In this document: positions 28,188 to 38,324 of the stretch, piece by piece
Position numbering within the stretch: position 1 is the stretch's first letter
Layout: each line of letters starts with the position of its first letter
Sequence record: OR062946.1
Direction: 5' to 3' (one strand)
Source: Escherichia phage 310Ecol104PP
Length of the DNA stretch: 64,000 bases
Notes under the pieces: model-generated
The model's database searches: none
Seen by the model: the letters and a program-made list of their open reading frames with translations, nothing else
What the model was told of the DNA's origin: nothing
Position numbers and translations under genes: made by a program

Positions 28188-29606
28188 TTATGGATAGGTA
28201 TAGATGATACCAGTTTCTAAAGCAGTTTTATGAATGATGTATCCATTACGCGATTCTTGAACATCAACTTCTGGATAGTCTTTCATCATCTTCTGAAGAG
28301 TGTAACGATGCAGGTAGTATTTACTATCTGGATCTTCAGTTTTCCAATCTTTACCTTCTTCAGTCATTTTTTGGATTTCATCCATAACCCACCAACCGCA
28401 CCAGATGTAAGCTGAGCTACGGTGTGGAAGAGGATGAACATAAGGTAATTCACCTTCTGGTTCTGGAGCAACTTTATCAGTTACCTGAACTTGACCTGTT
28501 GTTTTAACTGTTTTGCTATCATAATCAGTTGCTGTAACGACAGCAGTAACTTCAATAGTTTGACTTCCAACAGATGAAGTATCAACGGTGTATACATTAG
28601 TTGACCCTTCTACAGGAGAAGAATCTTTCTTCCATGAATATTCAATTTGCGCTTCTTCTGGAGCACCAGTAACATTAGCAGTAAATGTAGCCGAAGCATC
28701 TTGTTGAACGTTAATAGAAGGAGGAGTCAATGTAACCTGTGGATTCATTGTCTTCTTATTAACCGTTAATGATACTTCATTCGAAGTAACTTCCTTTTCA
28801 TTGTAATTTTCTGCAGTTACTTGGGCTACGCATTTAATTCTTTTTACTCCACTTGTAGTTGGAGTATAGCTAAATGTAGAGTTAGTTTCTCCACTAATTT
28901 GAGAATCATCTACATACCATTTATATGTAGCAGACGCTCCATCAGGTTGAGAAACTAAAGCAGCAGTAAATTGAACCGGGGTTCCAATTACTCCTGCTGG
29001 AGGACTATCAGGAGTTACTGCCAAAGTAGTTGTCTGCTCCTTTTTATTAACAGTCAGTGATACTTCATTAGAAGTAACGCTTAGTGCATCATAATCTGTC
29101 GCGGTTACTTGAGCTACACACTTAATTTTTTTAACTCCGCTTGTGGCAGGAGTGTAATTGAATGTAGCGCTAGTTGCTTCGTCCACAGGAGAACCGTCAA
29201 CGTACCATTGATACGTAGCAGATGCACCTGATGGCTGTGAAGCTAAAGCGGCAGTAAATTCAATAGCTGTTCCGATTACTCCAGCATCAGGGCTACCAGG
29301 AGTTACGGCTAAAGTAGTTGTTTGTGTCTTATTTTGAATTGTGATAGTTGTACTAATTTCAGCTGTTTCGGGACTACTATCGGCAACTTGATTTGTTGCA
29401 ACTACTTTAATAGTCTTTTGACCGGCAGGTCCTTTTAGTACATAACTAAAAGTTGCTGACGTTTCTTCCTGTTGAACATTATCTACAGTCCAAGCATATG
29501 TAATAGGTCCATCTCCAGTTTGACCACTGGGTGTAGCAGTAAACTGCTGAGTCTGATCTATAACTCCAGTAGGTGTTTTAGGAGTTATATCAACTGTAAA
29601 AGTCAT
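28188..29606 (-). CDS. hoc: Hoc outer capsid decoration protein, 472 aa, with an extra Ig-like domain
   Basis: N-terminus MTFTVDITPKTPTGVID and C-terminal capsid-binding region; two adjacent ~96-aa repeats in the middle; hairpin terminator just downstream. Confidence 0.9.
   Translation of the reverse strand: MTFTVDITPKTPTGVIDQTQQFTATPSGQTGDGPITYAWTVDNVQQEETSATFSYVLKGPAGQKTIKVVATNQVADSSPETAEISTTITIQNKTQTTTLAVTPGSPDAGVIGTAIEFTAALASQPSGASATYQWYVDGSPVDEATSATFNYTPATSGVKKIKCVAQVTATDYDALSVTSNEVSLTVNKKEQTTTLAVTPDSPPAGVIGTPVQFTAALVSQPDGASATYKWYVDDSQISGETNSTFSYTPTTSGVKRIKCVAQVTAENYNEKEVTSNEVSLTVNKKTMNPQVTLTPPSINVQQDASATFTANVTGAPEEAQIEYSWKKDSSPVEGSTNVYTVDTSSVGSQTIEVTAVVTATDYDSKTVKTTGQVQVTDKVAPEPEGELPYVHPLPHRSSAYIWCGWWVMDEIQKMTEEGKDWKTEDPDSKYYLHRYTLQKMMKDYPEVDVQESRNGYIIHKTALETGIIYTYP
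28755..29330 (-). repeat. tandem duplication (2 x ~288 bp) inside hoc encoding two adjacent Ig-like domains
   Basis: Residues ~93-188 and ~189-284 align end to end (KTQTTTLAVTPGSPDAGVIGT... vs KEQTTTLAVTPDSPPAGVIGT...). Confidence 0.8.
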
Positions 29607-29615
29607 AAGTTATCC

Positions 29616-30296
29616 TTATTTTAATGTTACGAAAGAAGAATTGCGTGTTTCACGAATTAAAACTGATCCGTCACGGTTAATGTAATAAATTAAGCTAAAT
29701 AAAGTTTGGTGTGCTGACGCATGCTCAAAACTTGTTGGGTGAGATTTCCAATCCGGAGTTTCAGCAATCCATTGATAAATCCACCAAGGAACAGTGCAGA
29801 ATCCTGGATTTTTTCCAATCAGCTGAAGATTCGGACTAAAGTTTTCCGGAAGAGTAAATACAGACGGCTTTTCAGATTCAATAATCTCAGCTACAGCCTG
29901 TTCAAACTTTTCTTCAACAAAGGGAGTATCTTCAATCAAAACATCGGTATTTTCAGGAATTTTATCCGTTTCTACTACTTCAATTTTAATGTCAGATTTA
30001 ACCGGAGAATCAATCAGAAGTGCTGCTTCTGGATTGACTTCTTCATCGTCATATTTTAACCCCTCTGCAGCATCAGCAGCATCAATTAAGTCTTTAATAG
30101 ATAACCCATCAGTCTCCGGCATAGGTTCACTAGCGAGCTTCTGGAGGGCTTCTTCAATATCAACAACGATATTATCAAAAGATTTATTCTTTTTGACCTT
30201 TATACCAAACTGTTCAGCGTATTCAGCTAATTTAGCTTTAGCTTCTTTATTATCATCAAGAGCCTTCAGCTCTGCAATATAATCTTTATCTATCAT
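29616..30296 (-). CDS. inh: Inh, inhibitor of prohead protease gp21
   Basis: 226 aa, T4 Inh length; 9 nt upstream of hoc. Confidence 0.85.
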   Translation of the reverse strand: MIDKDYIAELKALDDNKEAKAKLAEYAEQFGIKVKKNKSFDNIVVDIEEALQKLASEPMPETDGLSIKDLIDAADAAEGLKYDDEEVNPEAALLIDSPVKSDIKIEVVETDKIPENTDVLIEDTPFVEEKFEQAVAEIIESEKPSVFTLPENFSPNLQLIGKNPGFCTVPWWIYQWIAETPDWKSHPTSFEHASAHQTLFSLIYYINRDGSVLIRETRNSSFVTLK

Positions 30297-30309
30297 AATA
30301 TTTCCTCAG

Positions 30310-30317
30310 TATAAATA
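30310..30317 (+). promoter_or_regulatory. late promoter for uvsW
   Basis: Exact TATAAATA about 30 nt upstream of the ATG. Confidence 0.7.
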
Positions 30318-30346
30318 TAGATATATTTATTACATGGTATTTAGAC

Positions 30347-31858
30347 ATGACTGACATTAAAGTACATTTTTATGATTTTAGTCACGTGAGAATTGATTGT
30401 GAAGAAAGTACATTTCATGAACTCCGTGATTTCTTTAGCTTTGAAGCTGATGGGTATCGTTTTAATCCGAAATACAAATATGGTCACTGGGATGGACGAA
30501 TCCGTCTTTTAGATTATAATCGTCTTCTTCCATTTGGCTTAGTCGGGCAAATTAAAAAGTTCTGTGATAACTTTGGCTATAAAGCCTGGATTGACCCGCA
30601 AATTAACGAAAAAGAAGAATTATCAAGAAAAGATTTTGATGAATGGCTTTCTAAATTAGAAATCTATTCAGGAAATAAAAGAATTGAACCGCATTGGTAT
30701 CAAAAAGATGCAGTGTTCGAAGGATTAGTTAATCGTCGTAGAATTCTTAATCTTCCAACATCCGCTGGTAAATCTTTAATTCAAGCTTTGCTTGCGCGAT
30801 ATTATTTGGAAAATTATGAAGGTAAAATTCTTATCATTGTTCCAACAACTGCTCTGACAACTCAGATGGCTGATGACTTTGTTGACTATCGTTTATTCAG
30901 TCATGCAATGATAAAGAAAATTGGTGGCGGAGCATCAAAAGATGATAAATATAAAAATGATGCACCAGTCGTTGTTGGTACATGGCAAACTGTAGTTAAA
31001 CAACCGAAAGAATGGTTCTCACAGTTTGGAATGATGATGAATGATGAATGCCATCTTGCTACAGGAAAAAGTATTTCATCTATCATATCAGGTTTAAATA
31101 ACTGCATGTTCAAATTCGGTTTGTCTGGTTCATTACGTGATGGCAAAGCCAATATCATGCAGTATGTTGGAATGTTTGGTGAAATATTTAAGCCAGTAAC
31201 GACTTCTAAATTAATGGAAGATGGACAAGTAACTGAGCTAAAAATTAATAGTATTTTTCTTCGCTATCCCGATGAGTTCACTACTAAATTAAAGGGAAAA
31301 ACTTACCAAGAAGAAATAAAAATTATTACTGGGCTCAGTAAAAGAAATAAATGGATCGCTAAATTAGCTATTAAGCTTGCGCAAAAAGATGAAAACGCTT
31401 TTGTCATGTTTAAACATGTATCGCATGGTAAAGCTATTTTCGATTTAATTAAAAATGAGTACGATAAAGTTTATTACGTATCAGGGGAAGTTGATACCGA
31501 AACCCGCAATATAATGAAAACCTTAGCTGAAAATGGTAAAGGAATAATTATAGTAGCTAGTTATGGTGTATTTTCTACTGGTATTTCAGTTAAAAATCTG
31601 CATCACGTTGTTTTAGCGCACGGTGTTAAATCAAAAATCATTGTATTACAAACAATCGGTCGTGTATTACGTAAGCATGGTTCTAAAACAATCGCAACAG
31701 TCTGGGACCTCATAGATGATTGTGGCGTTAAGCCAAAATCTGCTAATACGAAAAAGAAATATGTTCATTTGAACTATCTTTTAAAACACGGCATTGATCG
31801 TATTCAGCGCTACGCAGATGAAAAATTTAATTACGTAATGAAAACAGTTAATTTATAA
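30347..31858 (+). CDS. uvsW: UvsW DNA/RNA helicase
   Basis: 503 aa; helicase motifs PTSAGKS and DECH; TATAAATA about 30 nt upstream. Confidence 0.95.
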   Translation: MTDIKVHFYDFSHVRIDCEESTFHELRDFFSFEADGYRFNPKYKYGHWDGRIRLLDYNRLLPFGLVGQIKKFCDNFGYKAWIDPQINEKEELSRKDFDEWLSKLEIYSGNKRIEPHWYQKDAVFEGLVNRRRILNLPTSAGKSLIQALLARYYLENYEGKILIIVPTTALTTQMADDFVDYRLFSHAMIKKIGGGASKDDKYKNDAPVVVGTWQTVVKQPKEWFSQFGMMMNDECHLATGKSISSIISGLNNCMFKFGLSGSLRDGKANIMQYVGMFGEIFKPVTTSKLMEDGQVTELKINSIFLRYPDEFTTKLKGKTYQEEIKIITGLSKRNKWIAKLAIKLAQKDENAFVMFKHVSHGKAIFDLIKNEYDKVYYVSGEVDTETRNIMKTLAENGKGIIIVASYGVFSTGISVKNLHHVVLAHGVKSKIIVLQTIGRVLRKHGSKTIATVWDLIDDCGVKPKSANTKKKYVHLNYLLKHGIDRIQRYADEKFNYVMKTVNL

Positions 31859-31874
31859 GGGCTTCGGCCCTTTG
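31858..31874 (+). terminator. hairpin after uvsW
   Basis: AGGGC-TTCG-GCCCT followed by a short T-run; weak. Confidence 0.4.
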
Positions 31875-31883
31875 GAGAAAAAG

Positions 31884-32114
31884 ATGTTACTAGAATTTAA
31901 ACAATTTCTTTATGAAGCTTCTATTGATGAATTTATGGGTAAAATTGCCTCTTGTCAAACATTAGAAGGTTTAGAAGAACTTGAAGCTTATTATAAGAAA
32001 AGAGTTAAAGAAACTGAATTAAAAGATACTGATGACATCTCTGTGAGAGATGCTTTGGCAGGAAAAAGAGCTGAATTAGAAGATTCAGACGATGAAGTAG
32101 AAGAAAGCTTTTAA
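31884..32114 (+). CDS. uvsW.1: UvsW.1 small acidic protein
   Basis: Start set to the ATG at 31884 (MLLEFKQF) with GGAG upstream; the track ORF begins at a non-ATG codon at 31872. Confidence 0.75.
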   Translation: MLLEFKQFLYEASIDEFMGKIASCQTLEGLEELEAYYKKRVKETELKDTDDISVRDALAGKRAELEDSDDEVEESF

Positions 32115-32169
32115 ATTAAAAAAGGCCCAACCAAAAAGGAAGGGCCAAAACTATAGACTAAAGGTCACA

Positions 32170-32337
32170 CTATAGCAAAAGTTGTGTTTCATTTAATTGT
32201 TCTTCCGAACTTTCTGAAACTGGTAGTTCTTTAATGTAATTATAGCAAGGCCCAGGATGTACAGGACCTTTGTCTGTTTCAACAACCAATGCAGAATCGA
32301 TTGGAGTTTTACAGACAACACAAATCTTATCTGACAT
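32170..32337 (-). CDS. hypothetical 55-aa cysteine-containing protein (T4 uvsY.-2-like position), not in the ORF track
   Basis: Hand translation MSDKICVVCKTPIDSALVVETDKGPVHPGPCYNYIKELP...; GAGGAG Shine-Dalgarno upstream; below the 60-aa track cutoff. Confidence 0.55.
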   Translation of the reverse strand: MSDKICVVCKTPIDSALVVETDKGPVHPGPCYNYIKELPVSESSEEQLNETQLLL

Positions 32338-32365
32338 GATTGTCTCCTCTGAATTATATATCTAT

Positions 32366-32590
32366 TTATACAACTCTCATATGCATATCAATGCCCATAT
32401 CTTTAGAATAAAAATATTCATCAAGATATCCGGCAAATTTTCCTTTAATATAAAGGACATCTTCACCACACGGGTGGTCGGCCAGGATACGAATATCCTG
32501 ACGCTTAAGATTATACTTTTTCATTAAGAATTGAATCTCAGTTTCAAATTCTTCTTCATAATTAAAAGCATCATCAATGCTATATCTCAT
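32366..32590 (-). CDS. hypothetical protein (T4 uvsY.-1-like position)
   Basis: 74 aa ORF immediately downstream of uvsY, same strand, stop/start adjacent. Confidence 0.7.
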   Translation of the reverse strand: MRYSIDDAFNYEEEFETEIQFLMKKYNLKRQDIRILADHPCGEDVLYIKGKFAGYLDEYFYSKDMGIDMHMRVV

Positions 32591-33003
32591 TATTTTCCAG
32601 CCTCAAATGCTCGCATGTCTTGAATATGCTTAATAGCAAATCCACGTGATTTAATAGCATCAAGAGCTCCGCTACAAAAATCCAATAAAATTCCCCAATA
32701 TTGTAATGAAGTATCAACCTTTAAAACATCCTTATCAGCTGATAGAACTGTCTTCATTTCTGATTTCTCGTAACGATCCATACTAAATTCATCACCATCT
32801 CCTCGTCCCGAGTAGTAGTCTAATTTAGCTTTAAGAGCAACTTTTTTCTGTGCATCAATTCTAAGCATTTCCTTTTTAATACTTGAATGCTTATTAAGCC
32901 ATTTACTATATAACATCACATTATTAGCTGCTTCATACTGTAATTTAGTCGAATCTATAAACACATCTTTCTTCAATTCTTCTTGAAGATCTTCTAATCT
33001 CAT
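32590..33003 (-). CDS. uvsY: UvsY recombination mediator protein
   Basis: 137 aa; N-terminus MRLEDLQEELKKDVFIDSTKLQYEAANNVMLYSKWLNKH; MotA-box middle promoter upstream. Confidence 0.95.
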   Translation of the reverse strand: MRLEDLQEELKKDVFIDSTKLQYEAANNVMLYSKWLNKHSSIKKEMLRIDAQKKVALKAKLDYYSGRGDGDEFSMDRYEKSEMKTVLSADKDVLKVDTSLQYWGILLDFCSGALDAIKSRGFAIKHIQDMRAFEAGK

Positions 33004-33043
33004 ATTGTTCTCTATTCAATTGTTATTGGATGGACTTAGATTC

Positions 33044-33069
33044 ATTATACCACGTTTTAACGTGAAGCA
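33044..33069 (-). promoter_or_regulatory. MotA-dependent middle promoter for uvsY
   Basis: Minus-strand MotA box aTGCTTcA, 13-nt spacer, TATAAT; matches the known T4 middle promoter architecture. Confidence 0.65.
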
Positions 33070-33468
33070 TTATACTCTATTACTAGAAGCTAACTGCAGT
33101 TTTATCTGCTCAATATCATCAGGATTATCAATGACCGAAAAGCGTATTTCTACTATCAGAGTATAATCATCATAAACTGGTATCACATTAACTGCTAATT
33201 TATCAATACGTGGCTCATAGTTTCTTACTGCGCTTTCGATGTTACGCTCAACCGTATCAGCAGTAAGAGGAGTCATATTTTCAAAAAGCTGATCTGATAA
33301 ATCACATCCAAATTCAGGGTCAAACGGTCTTGAACCTTTTCTTGTTGTAATAATTCCCAAAAGACTGTTTTTAATTGACCTTAATCCAAGCGATCTGGAA
33401 ACGTCTTTGTTCCAATCCATTTTCATTTCCGGGTCAATGTCAGAATAAAGCTTATTAATATTTGACAT
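33070..33468 (-). CDS. 25: baseplate wedge protein gp25
   Basis: 132 aa, T4 gp25 length; downstream of gene 26 on the same strand. Confidence 0.9.
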   Translation of the reverse strand: MSNINKLYSDIDPEMKMDWNKDVSRSLGLRSIKNSLLGIITTRKGSRPFDPEFGCDLSDQLFENMTPLTADTVERNIESAVRNYEPRIDKLAVNVIPVYDDYTLIVEIRFSVIDNPDDIEQIKLQLASSNRV

Positions 33469-34094
33469 TATAGTAACTCAAAGAACTCTTTGAGGCCTCT
33501 TATTACGTGAGCATGGGTTTTTCCACACTCTGGACACTTAATTGGAACAGCCAAATAAACAGTAGGCTTTAAAAGCATATCTTTTATAGCTACAATATCT
33601 GACTCTGTGATGATAGAATATAAATCTTCCAGTTCCTTTTCATTTAAGTCTTCAACTGGAATGCTTTCCCCGTTAGCATGAATCGTTTCTATGCATGATA
33701 CTATCATGTGGGCTATATTTTTATCATCAAAAATTTTAGGGTAATGGAACTTAATTTTAATGTCACCCAGTGTATACCAGAGGTCTTCTGGTGTATCTAT
33801 TTGTGTATGTAATAGATTTATATGGGTTGGTATTTCAGTTCCACAGGTGCACTTCCAGGAGTTTTCGTGATTAACTTCTCCAAGAGAATGTGCCCATAAA
33901 TGAATCAGCAGTAGTTCTGATTCTTGGCGGTTTAAATCTTTTGCATTTGTACAGTCTTTAATTAGCTTTTTAACGATCTCTTCTACTGAACCGTTCTTTT
34001 TAGCAGTAATAAGTTCTAGATATTCTTTAAGAGTAAATGCGCGACAGTTGATTATTTTAGAACCAACTCTCACATCAAATTTGTATTCATACAT
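33468..34094 (-). CDS. 26: baseplate hub protein gp26
   Basis: 208 aa, T4 gp26 length; divergent from gene 51. Confidence 0.85.
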   Translation of the reverse strand: MYEYKFDVRVGSKIINCRAFTLKEYLELITAKKNGSVEEIVKKLIKDCTNAKDLNRQESELLLIHLWAHSLGEVNHENSWKCTCGTEIPTHINLLHTQIDTPEDLWYTLGDIKIKFHYPKIFDDKNIAHMIVSCIETIHANGESIPVEDLNEKELEDLYSIITESDIVAIKDMLLKPTVYLAVPIKCPECGKTHAHVIRGLKEFFELL

Positions 34095-34115
34095 ATTTAG
34101 CTCCTTTATTTATCA

Positions 34116-34127
34116 TATTTATAAATA
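34116..34127. promoter_or_regulatory. overlapping divergent late promoters for gene 26 (minus) and gene 51 (plus)
   Basis: Plus-strand TATTTATAAATA contains TATAAATA in both orientations. Confidence 0.6.
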
Positions 34128-34144
34128 GAATAAAAGGAGCATCT

Positions 34145-34894
34145 ATGGCAAACATTATTCGTTGTAAATTACCAGATGGTGTTCATCGTTTTAAACCATT
34201 TACGGTAGAAGATTATCGAGATTTTTTGTTAGTTCGAAACGATATAGAACATCGGTCACCACAAGAACAAAAAGAAATAATTGCTGATTTAATTGCTGAT
34301 TATTTTGGAGACTATCCGAAGACTTGGCAACCATTTATATTTTTGCAGGTATTTGTAGGGTCAATAGGTAAAACTAAAGTACCAGTCACATTTGTGTGTC
34401 CAAAATGTAAAAAAGAAAAGACAGTTCCATTTGAAATATATCAAAAAGAATTAAAGGAACCTGTTTTTGATGTAGCTAATGTTAAAATTAAATTAAAGTT
34501 TCCTTCTGAGTTTTATGAAAATAAAGCAAAGATGATTACTGAAAATATTCATTCTGTTCAAGTAGATGAAATGTGGTATGATTGGAAGGAAATTAGCGAG
34601 TCCAGTCAAATAGAACTCGTTGACGCCATCGAGATAGAAACATTAGAAAAAATTCTCGATGCAATGAATCCTATTAATTTAACTCTACATATGTCATGCT
34701 GTAATAAGTACATTAAAAAATACACTGATATAGTAGACGTGTTTAAGCTATTAGTTAACCCAGATGAGATATTTACTTTTTATCAAATTAATCACACACT
34801 CGTAAAAAGCAATTATAGCTTAAATTCAATAATGAAAATGATTCCTGCTGAGCGCGGATTCGTATTAAAACTGATTGAGAAGGATAAACAATAA
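34145..34894 (+). CDS. 51: baseplate hub assembly catalyst gp51
   Basis: 249 aa, T4 gp51 length; late promoter upstream. Confidence 0.85.
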   Translation: MANIIRCKLPDGVHRFKPFTVEDYRDFLLVRNDIEHRSPQEQKEIIADLIADYFGDYPKTWQPFIFLQVFVGSIGKTKVPVTFVCPKCKKEKTVPFEIYQKELKEPVFDVANVKIKLKFPSEFYENKAKMITENIHSVQVDEMWYDWKEISESSQIELVDAIEIETLEKILDAMNPINLTLHMSCCNKYIKKYTDIVDVFKLLVNPDEIFTFYQINHTLVKSNYSLNSIMKMIPAERGFVLKLIEKDKQ

Positions 34895-36069
34895 TGAGTA
34901 TGTTGCAACGCCCCGGATATCCAAATCTCAGCGTTAAATTATTTGATAGCTACGACGCTTGGAGTAATAATAGATTTGTTGAATTAGCTGCTACTATTAC
35001 CACATTAACTATGCGTGATTCTCTTTATGGCCGAAATGAAGGAATGCTGCAGTTTTATGATTCTAAAAACATCCATACAAAAATGGATGGAAATGAAATA
35101 ATTCAGATTTCTGTAGCTAATGCAAATGATATTAATAATGTTAAAACACGAATTTATGGATGTAAGCATTTTTCCGTGTCAGTAGATTCAAAAGGTGATA
35201 ACATCATTGCTATTGAATTGGGAACTATTCATTCTATAGAAAATCTTAAATTTGGTAGACCATTTTTCCCTGATGCAGGTGAATCTATAAAAGAAATGCT
35301 TGGTGTCATTTATCAGGATCGCACATTATTAACTCCAGCAATAAATGCTATAAATGCTTATGTTCCTGATATTCCATGGACTAGCACATTTGAAAACTAT
35401 TTGTCATATGTAAGAGAAGTTGCTCTAGCTGTAGGAAGCGACAAATTTGTATTTGTATGGCAAGACATCATGGGAGTTAACATGATGGACTATGATATGA
35501 TGATAAATCAAGAACCATATCCAATGATTGTCGGTGAGCCATCTTTAATAGGTCAATTCATCCAAGAATTAAAATACCCATTAGCATATGATTTTGTTTG
35601 GTTGACTAAATCGAATCCTCACAAACGCGACCCAATGAAAAATGCTACTATCTATGCTCATTCATTTTTAGATTCTTCATTGCCAATGATTACTACAGGA
35701 AAGGGTGAAAACTCTATTGTAGTGTCAAGGTCAGGTGCTTATTCTGAAATGACTTATAGGAATGGATATGAAGAAGCTATTCGTCTTCAAACTATGGCAC
35801 AATATGACGGTTATGCTAAATGTTCTACTGTCGGTAATTTTAACTTGACTCCTGGCGTTAAAATTATTTTTAATGATAGTAAAAACCAATTTAAAACAGA
35901 ATTTTACGTTGATGAAGTTATCCATGAATTATCCAATAATAATTCAGTAACTCATCTATATATGTTCACTAATGCAACGAAACTGGAAACAATAGACCCA
36001 GTTAAGGTTAAAAATGAATTTAAATCTGATACTACCACTGAAGAAAGTAGTTCTTCCAATAAGCAATAA
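34894..36069 (+). CDS. 27: baseplate hub protein gp27
   Basis: 391 aa, T4 gp27 length. Confidence 0.9.
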   Translation: MSMLQRPGYPNLSVKLFDSYDAWSNNRFVELAATITTLTMRDSLYGRNEGMLQFYDSKNIHTKMDGNEIIQISVANANDINNVKTRIYGCKHFSVSVDSKGDNIIAIELGTIHSIENLKFGRPFFPDAGESIKEMLGVIYQDRTLLTPAINAINAYVPDIPWTSTFENYLSYVREVALAVGSDKFVFVWQDIMGVNMMDYDMMINQEPYPMIVGEPSLIGQFIQELKYPLAYDFVWLTKSNPHKRDPMKNATIYAHSFLDSSLPMITTGKGENSIVVSRSGAYSEMTYRNGYEEAIRLQTMAQYDGYAKCSTVGNFNLTPGVKIIFNDSKNQFKTEFYVDEVIHELSNNNSVTHLYMFTNATKLETIDPVKVKNEFKSDTTTEESSSSNKQ

Positions 36070-36547
36070 AGAAGTTTCTATTCCTAAAATGGGTCTTAAA
36101 CATTATAACATTTTAAAGGATGTTAAAGGTCCTGATGAAAATTTAAAACTTCTTATTGATTCTATTTGTCCGAATTTGTCACCAGCAGAAGTTGATTTCG
36201 TTTCTATTCATTTATTGGAATTTAATGGAAAGATTAAATCTCGTAAAGAAATAGATGGCTATACTTATGACATTAATGATGTTTATGTATGCCAAAGATT
36301 GGAATTTCAATACCAAGGAAATACATTTTATTTTAGACCTCCTGGAAAATTTGAACAATTTTTAACGGTGAGCGATATGTTATCTAAATGCTTGCTTAAG
36401 GTCAATGATGAAGTTAAAGAAATTAATTTTCTTGAGATGCCAGCATTCGTTTTAAAATGGGCAAATGATATTTTTACAACTTTAGCAATTCCTGGCCCTA
36501 ATGGTCCAATAACCGGAATTGGCAATATTATTGGATTATTTGAATGA
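36014..36547 (+). CDS. 28: baseplate hub distal subunit gp28
   Basis: 177 aa, T4 gp28 length; overlaps the end of gene 27. Confidence 0.85.
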   Translation: MNLNLILPLKKVVLPISNKEVSIPKMGLKHYNILKDVKGPDENLKLLIDSICPNLSPAEVDFVSIHLLEFNGKIKSRKEIDGYTYDINDVYVCQRLEFQYQGNTFYFRPPGKFEQFLTVSDMLSKCLLKVNDEVKEINFLEMPAFVLKWANDIFTTLAIPGPNGPITGIGNIIGLFE

Positions 36548-38316
36548 AAAAGCCACAAGAAATGCAAACGATGCGTAGAAAAGTTATTTCAGATAATAAA
36601 CCAACACAGGAAGCGGCTAAATCCGCTTCTAACACTTTATCTGGACTTAACGATATATCTACGAAATTGGATGATGCTCAAGCTGCTTCTGAGTTAATTG
36701 CTCAAACTGTCGAAGAAAAATCGAATGAAATAATTGGAGCAATTGACAACGTAGAAAGCGCAGTGAGTGATACTACTGCTGGTTCTGAGTTAATTGCTGA
36801 AACCGTTGAAATTGGCAATAATATTAATAAAGAAATCGGTGAATCACTCGGGAGCAAATTAGATAAATTAACAAGTTTACTAGAGCAAAAAATTCAGACA
36901 GCTGGAATTCAACAAACAGGAACTAGTTTAGCCACGGTTGAAAGCGCTATTCCTGTTAAAGTTGTTGAGGACGATACAGCTGAATCTGTGGGTCCTTTAT
37001 TACCGGCTCCTGAAGCAGTTAATAATGATCCTGATGCTGATTTTTTCCCTACCCCTCAGCCAGTCGAACCTAAACAAGAATCGCCAGAAGAAAAACAGAA
37101 AAAAGACGCATTTAACTTAAAATTATCTCAAGCTTTAGATAAATTAACAAAGACTGTTGATTTCGGATTTAAGAAATCTATTTCAATTACTGATAAAATA
37201 TCAAGCATGCTATTTAAGTATACCGTCAGTGCTGCTATTGAAGCTGCTAAAATGACTGCAATGATATTGGCTGTTGTTGTTGGAATAGATCTACTGATGG
37301 TTCACTTTAAATATTGGTCAGATAAATTTTCAAAAGCCTGGGATTTATATAGTACTGATTTTACTAAATTCTCTAGCGAAACCGGAACATGGGGTCCTTT
37401 ATTACAGAGCATCTTTGATTCTATTGATAAAATTAAACAACTTTGGGAAGCGGGAGATTGGGGTGGATTGACAACAGCTATCATAGAAGGACTTGGAAGT
37501 GTTCTTTTTAATTTAGGAGAGCTTATTCAATTAGGTATGGCTAAATTATCTGCAGCAATTCTTCGAGTCATTCCTGGTATGAAGGATACTGCTGATGAAG
37601 TAGAAGGAAGAGCATTGGAAAATTTCCAAAATTCTACTGGAGCATCTCTCAATAAAGAAGACCAAGAAAAAGTTGCAAATTATCAAGATAAACGAATGAA
37701 CGGAGACCTTGGTCCGATAGCAAAAGGATTAGATAAAATTGCTAATTGGAAAACTCGTGCATCTAATTGGATTCGCGGTGTTGATAATAAAGAAGCACTA
37801 ACTACCGACGAAGAACGTGCAGCAGAAGAAGAAAAATTAAAGCAGCTTTCACCTGAAGAAAGAAAAAATGCTTTAATGAAGGCTAATGAAGCACGTGCCG
37901 CGATGATTCGTTTTGAAAAATATGCTGATTCAGCTGATATGAGTAAAGACTCAACGGTTAAATCTGTTGAATCTGCCTATGAAGACCTTAAAAAACGGAT
38001 GGATGACCCGGATTTAAACAATTCACCGGCAGTTAAAAAAGAACTTGCTGCTAGATTTTCTAAAATTGATGCTACTTATCAAGAGCTCAAGAAAAATCAG
38101 CCTAATGCCAAACCTGAAACTTCTGCTAAATCGCCAGAAGCGAAACAGGTCCAGGTTATTGAAAAGAACAAAGCACAGCAAGCTCCTGTTCAGCAAGCAT
38201 CTCCTTCAATCAATAATACTAATAATGTTGTTAAGAAAAATACTGTCGTTCATAATATGACACCTGTAACAAGCACAACTGCTCCTGGTGTATTTGATGC
38301 GACTGGAGTTAATTAA
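36544..38316 (+). CDS. 29: tail length tape measure / hub protein gp29
   Basis: 590 aa, T4 gp29 length. Confidence 0.9.
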   Translation: MKKPQEMQTMRRKVISDNKPTQEAAKSASNTLSGLNDISTKLDDAQAASELIAQTVEEKSNEIIGAIDNVESAVSDTTAGSELIAETVEIGNNINKEIGESLGSKLDKLTSLLEQKIQTAGIQQTGTSLATVESAIPVKVVEDDTAESVGPLLPAPEAVNNDPDADFFPTPQPVEPKQESPEEKQKKDAFNLKLSQALDKLTKTVDFGFKKSISITDKISSMLFKYTVSAAIEAAKMTAMILAVVVGIDLLMVHFKYWSDKFSKAWDLYSTDFTKFSSETGTWGPLLQSIFDSIDKIKQLWEAGDWGGLTTAIIEGLGSVLFNLGELIQLGMAKLSAAILRVIPGMKDTADEVEGRALENFQNSTGASLNKEDQEKVANYQDKRMNGDLGPIAKGLDKIANWKTRASNWIRGVDNKEALTTDEERAAEEEKLKQLSPEERKNALMKANEARAAMIRFEKYADSADMSKDSTVKSVESAYEDLKKRMDDPDLNNSPAVKKELAARFSKIDATYQELKKNQPNAKPETSAKSPEAKQVQVIEKNKAQQAPVQQASPSINNTNNVVKKNTVVHNMTPVTSTTAPGVFDATGVN

Positions 38317-38324
38317 GGAATAAT

